Source: Nitrospinales bacterium (lineage in GTDB: Bacteria > Nitrospinota > Nitrospinia > Nitrospinales > VA-1). Taken from it: a stretch of DNA of 64,000 nt. Where the stretch lies: assembly GCA_965223795.1 (NCBI GenBank), contig CBDCXL010000002.1, positions 1,696,001 to 1,760,000 of the forward strand, written 5' to 3'. The notes beneath the pieces were generated by a model. That model ran no database searches and was not told the DNA's origin. It saw only the letters and a list, made by a program, of their open reading frames with translations. Below are positions 63,599 to 64,000 of the stretch, in pieces. Within the stretch, counting starts at the first letter, position 1. Each line of letters opens with the position of its first letter. Made by a program: the position numbers and the translations under genes.

Positions 63599-63749
63599 TT
63601 GTAAATCCGGTTATAAATCAATGGGTTGCCTGAGGCCGTGGGGCGGGCTGCGGCGGGTTTGCGGCCGTCGCGGACAGGGCCGCCTTTGGGGTTTAGAGTG
63701 CCCGCGGGATGGTGTACCATGATCCTTTTCATGTCGTTTACAGGATGCG

Positions 63750-64000
63750 ATGGAATCGACGGGTAAAACATACGATGTGCTGGTGATCGGCGGCGGCCAC
63801 GCGGGCTGCGAAGCGGCGCTGGCTTCCGCGCGCATGGGCTGCGCCACCGCGCTGATCACGCTCGACTGCGACAAGATCGCCCTGATGCCGTGCAATCCGG
63901 CGATCGGCGGCGTGGGCAAGGGCCACATGGTGCGGGAGATCGACGCTCTCGGCGGCGCCATGGCGCGGGTGATCGACGAGACCGGAATCCAGTTTCGCGT
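63750..64000 (+). CDS. mnmG: tRNA U34 modification enzyme MnmG (5' partial)
   Basis: [30 protein letters not shown]...[24 protein letters not shown]; runs off the window. Confidence 0.96.
   Translation, partial: MESTGKTYDVLVIGGGHAGCEAALASARMGCATALITLDCDKIALMPCNPAIGGVGKGHMVREIDALGGAMARVIDETGIQFR

Noticed and set aside
57081..63600. Genomic island inserted at tRNA-Leu carrying the inositol genes
   Set aside because: No integrase, no duplicated tRNA 3' end found, and composition similar to the flanks.
63599..63749. Replication origin next to mnmG (gidA)
   Set aside because: Spacer is short and I found no TTATCCACA-type DnaA boxes.

Overview
A GC-rich (AT-richer intergenic) bacterial chromosomal window of mostly housekeeping genes, with several unusual lipid, cyclitol and redox modules. 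Gene content (multiheme cytochromes, futalosine-pathway mqnA, dciA-like gene, membrane PPase, pentapeptide and LRR proteins) suggests a diderm such as a Nitrospinota/Nitrospirota or deltaproteobacterial relative. That placement is inference only. Core loci: tRNA-Val-thrS-infC(AUU start)-rpmI-rplT-pheS (no adjacent pheT); TPP riboswitch-thiS-thiG-thiE-thiC; TPR-lolB-like-ispE-tRNA-Gln-prs-rplY-pth-hppA; hisI-hisG; rluA-dus-trmH-type genes; tatB; ribF; tRNA-Leu; 5' part of mnmG. Two candidate undescribed systems stand out. (1) A self-contained type II fatty-acid-synthase cluster (fabF-acp-crtI-like-crtI-like-fabG-fabZ-fabI) with two phytoene-desaturase-family flavoproteins embedded, suggesting O2-independent desaturation or isomerisation of ACP-bound chains. 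(2) A rearranged CDP-inositol pathway: inositol-phosphate synthase fused to a cytidylyltransferase, divergent from a CDP-alcohol phosphotransferase with a decayed nucleotidyltransferase domain, followed by a GT4 and a BtrN-like radical SAM enzyme. Also notable: a heme-c-containing PilJ/NarX-like sensor kinase, a penta- plus tri-heme cytochrome pair, an Mla/MCE ABC system with a catalytically degenerate ATPase, a stand-alone QW-repeat barrel beside a cytidylyltransferase, and a very acidic repeat protein. No CRISPR array, rRNA, transposase or integrase was seen.
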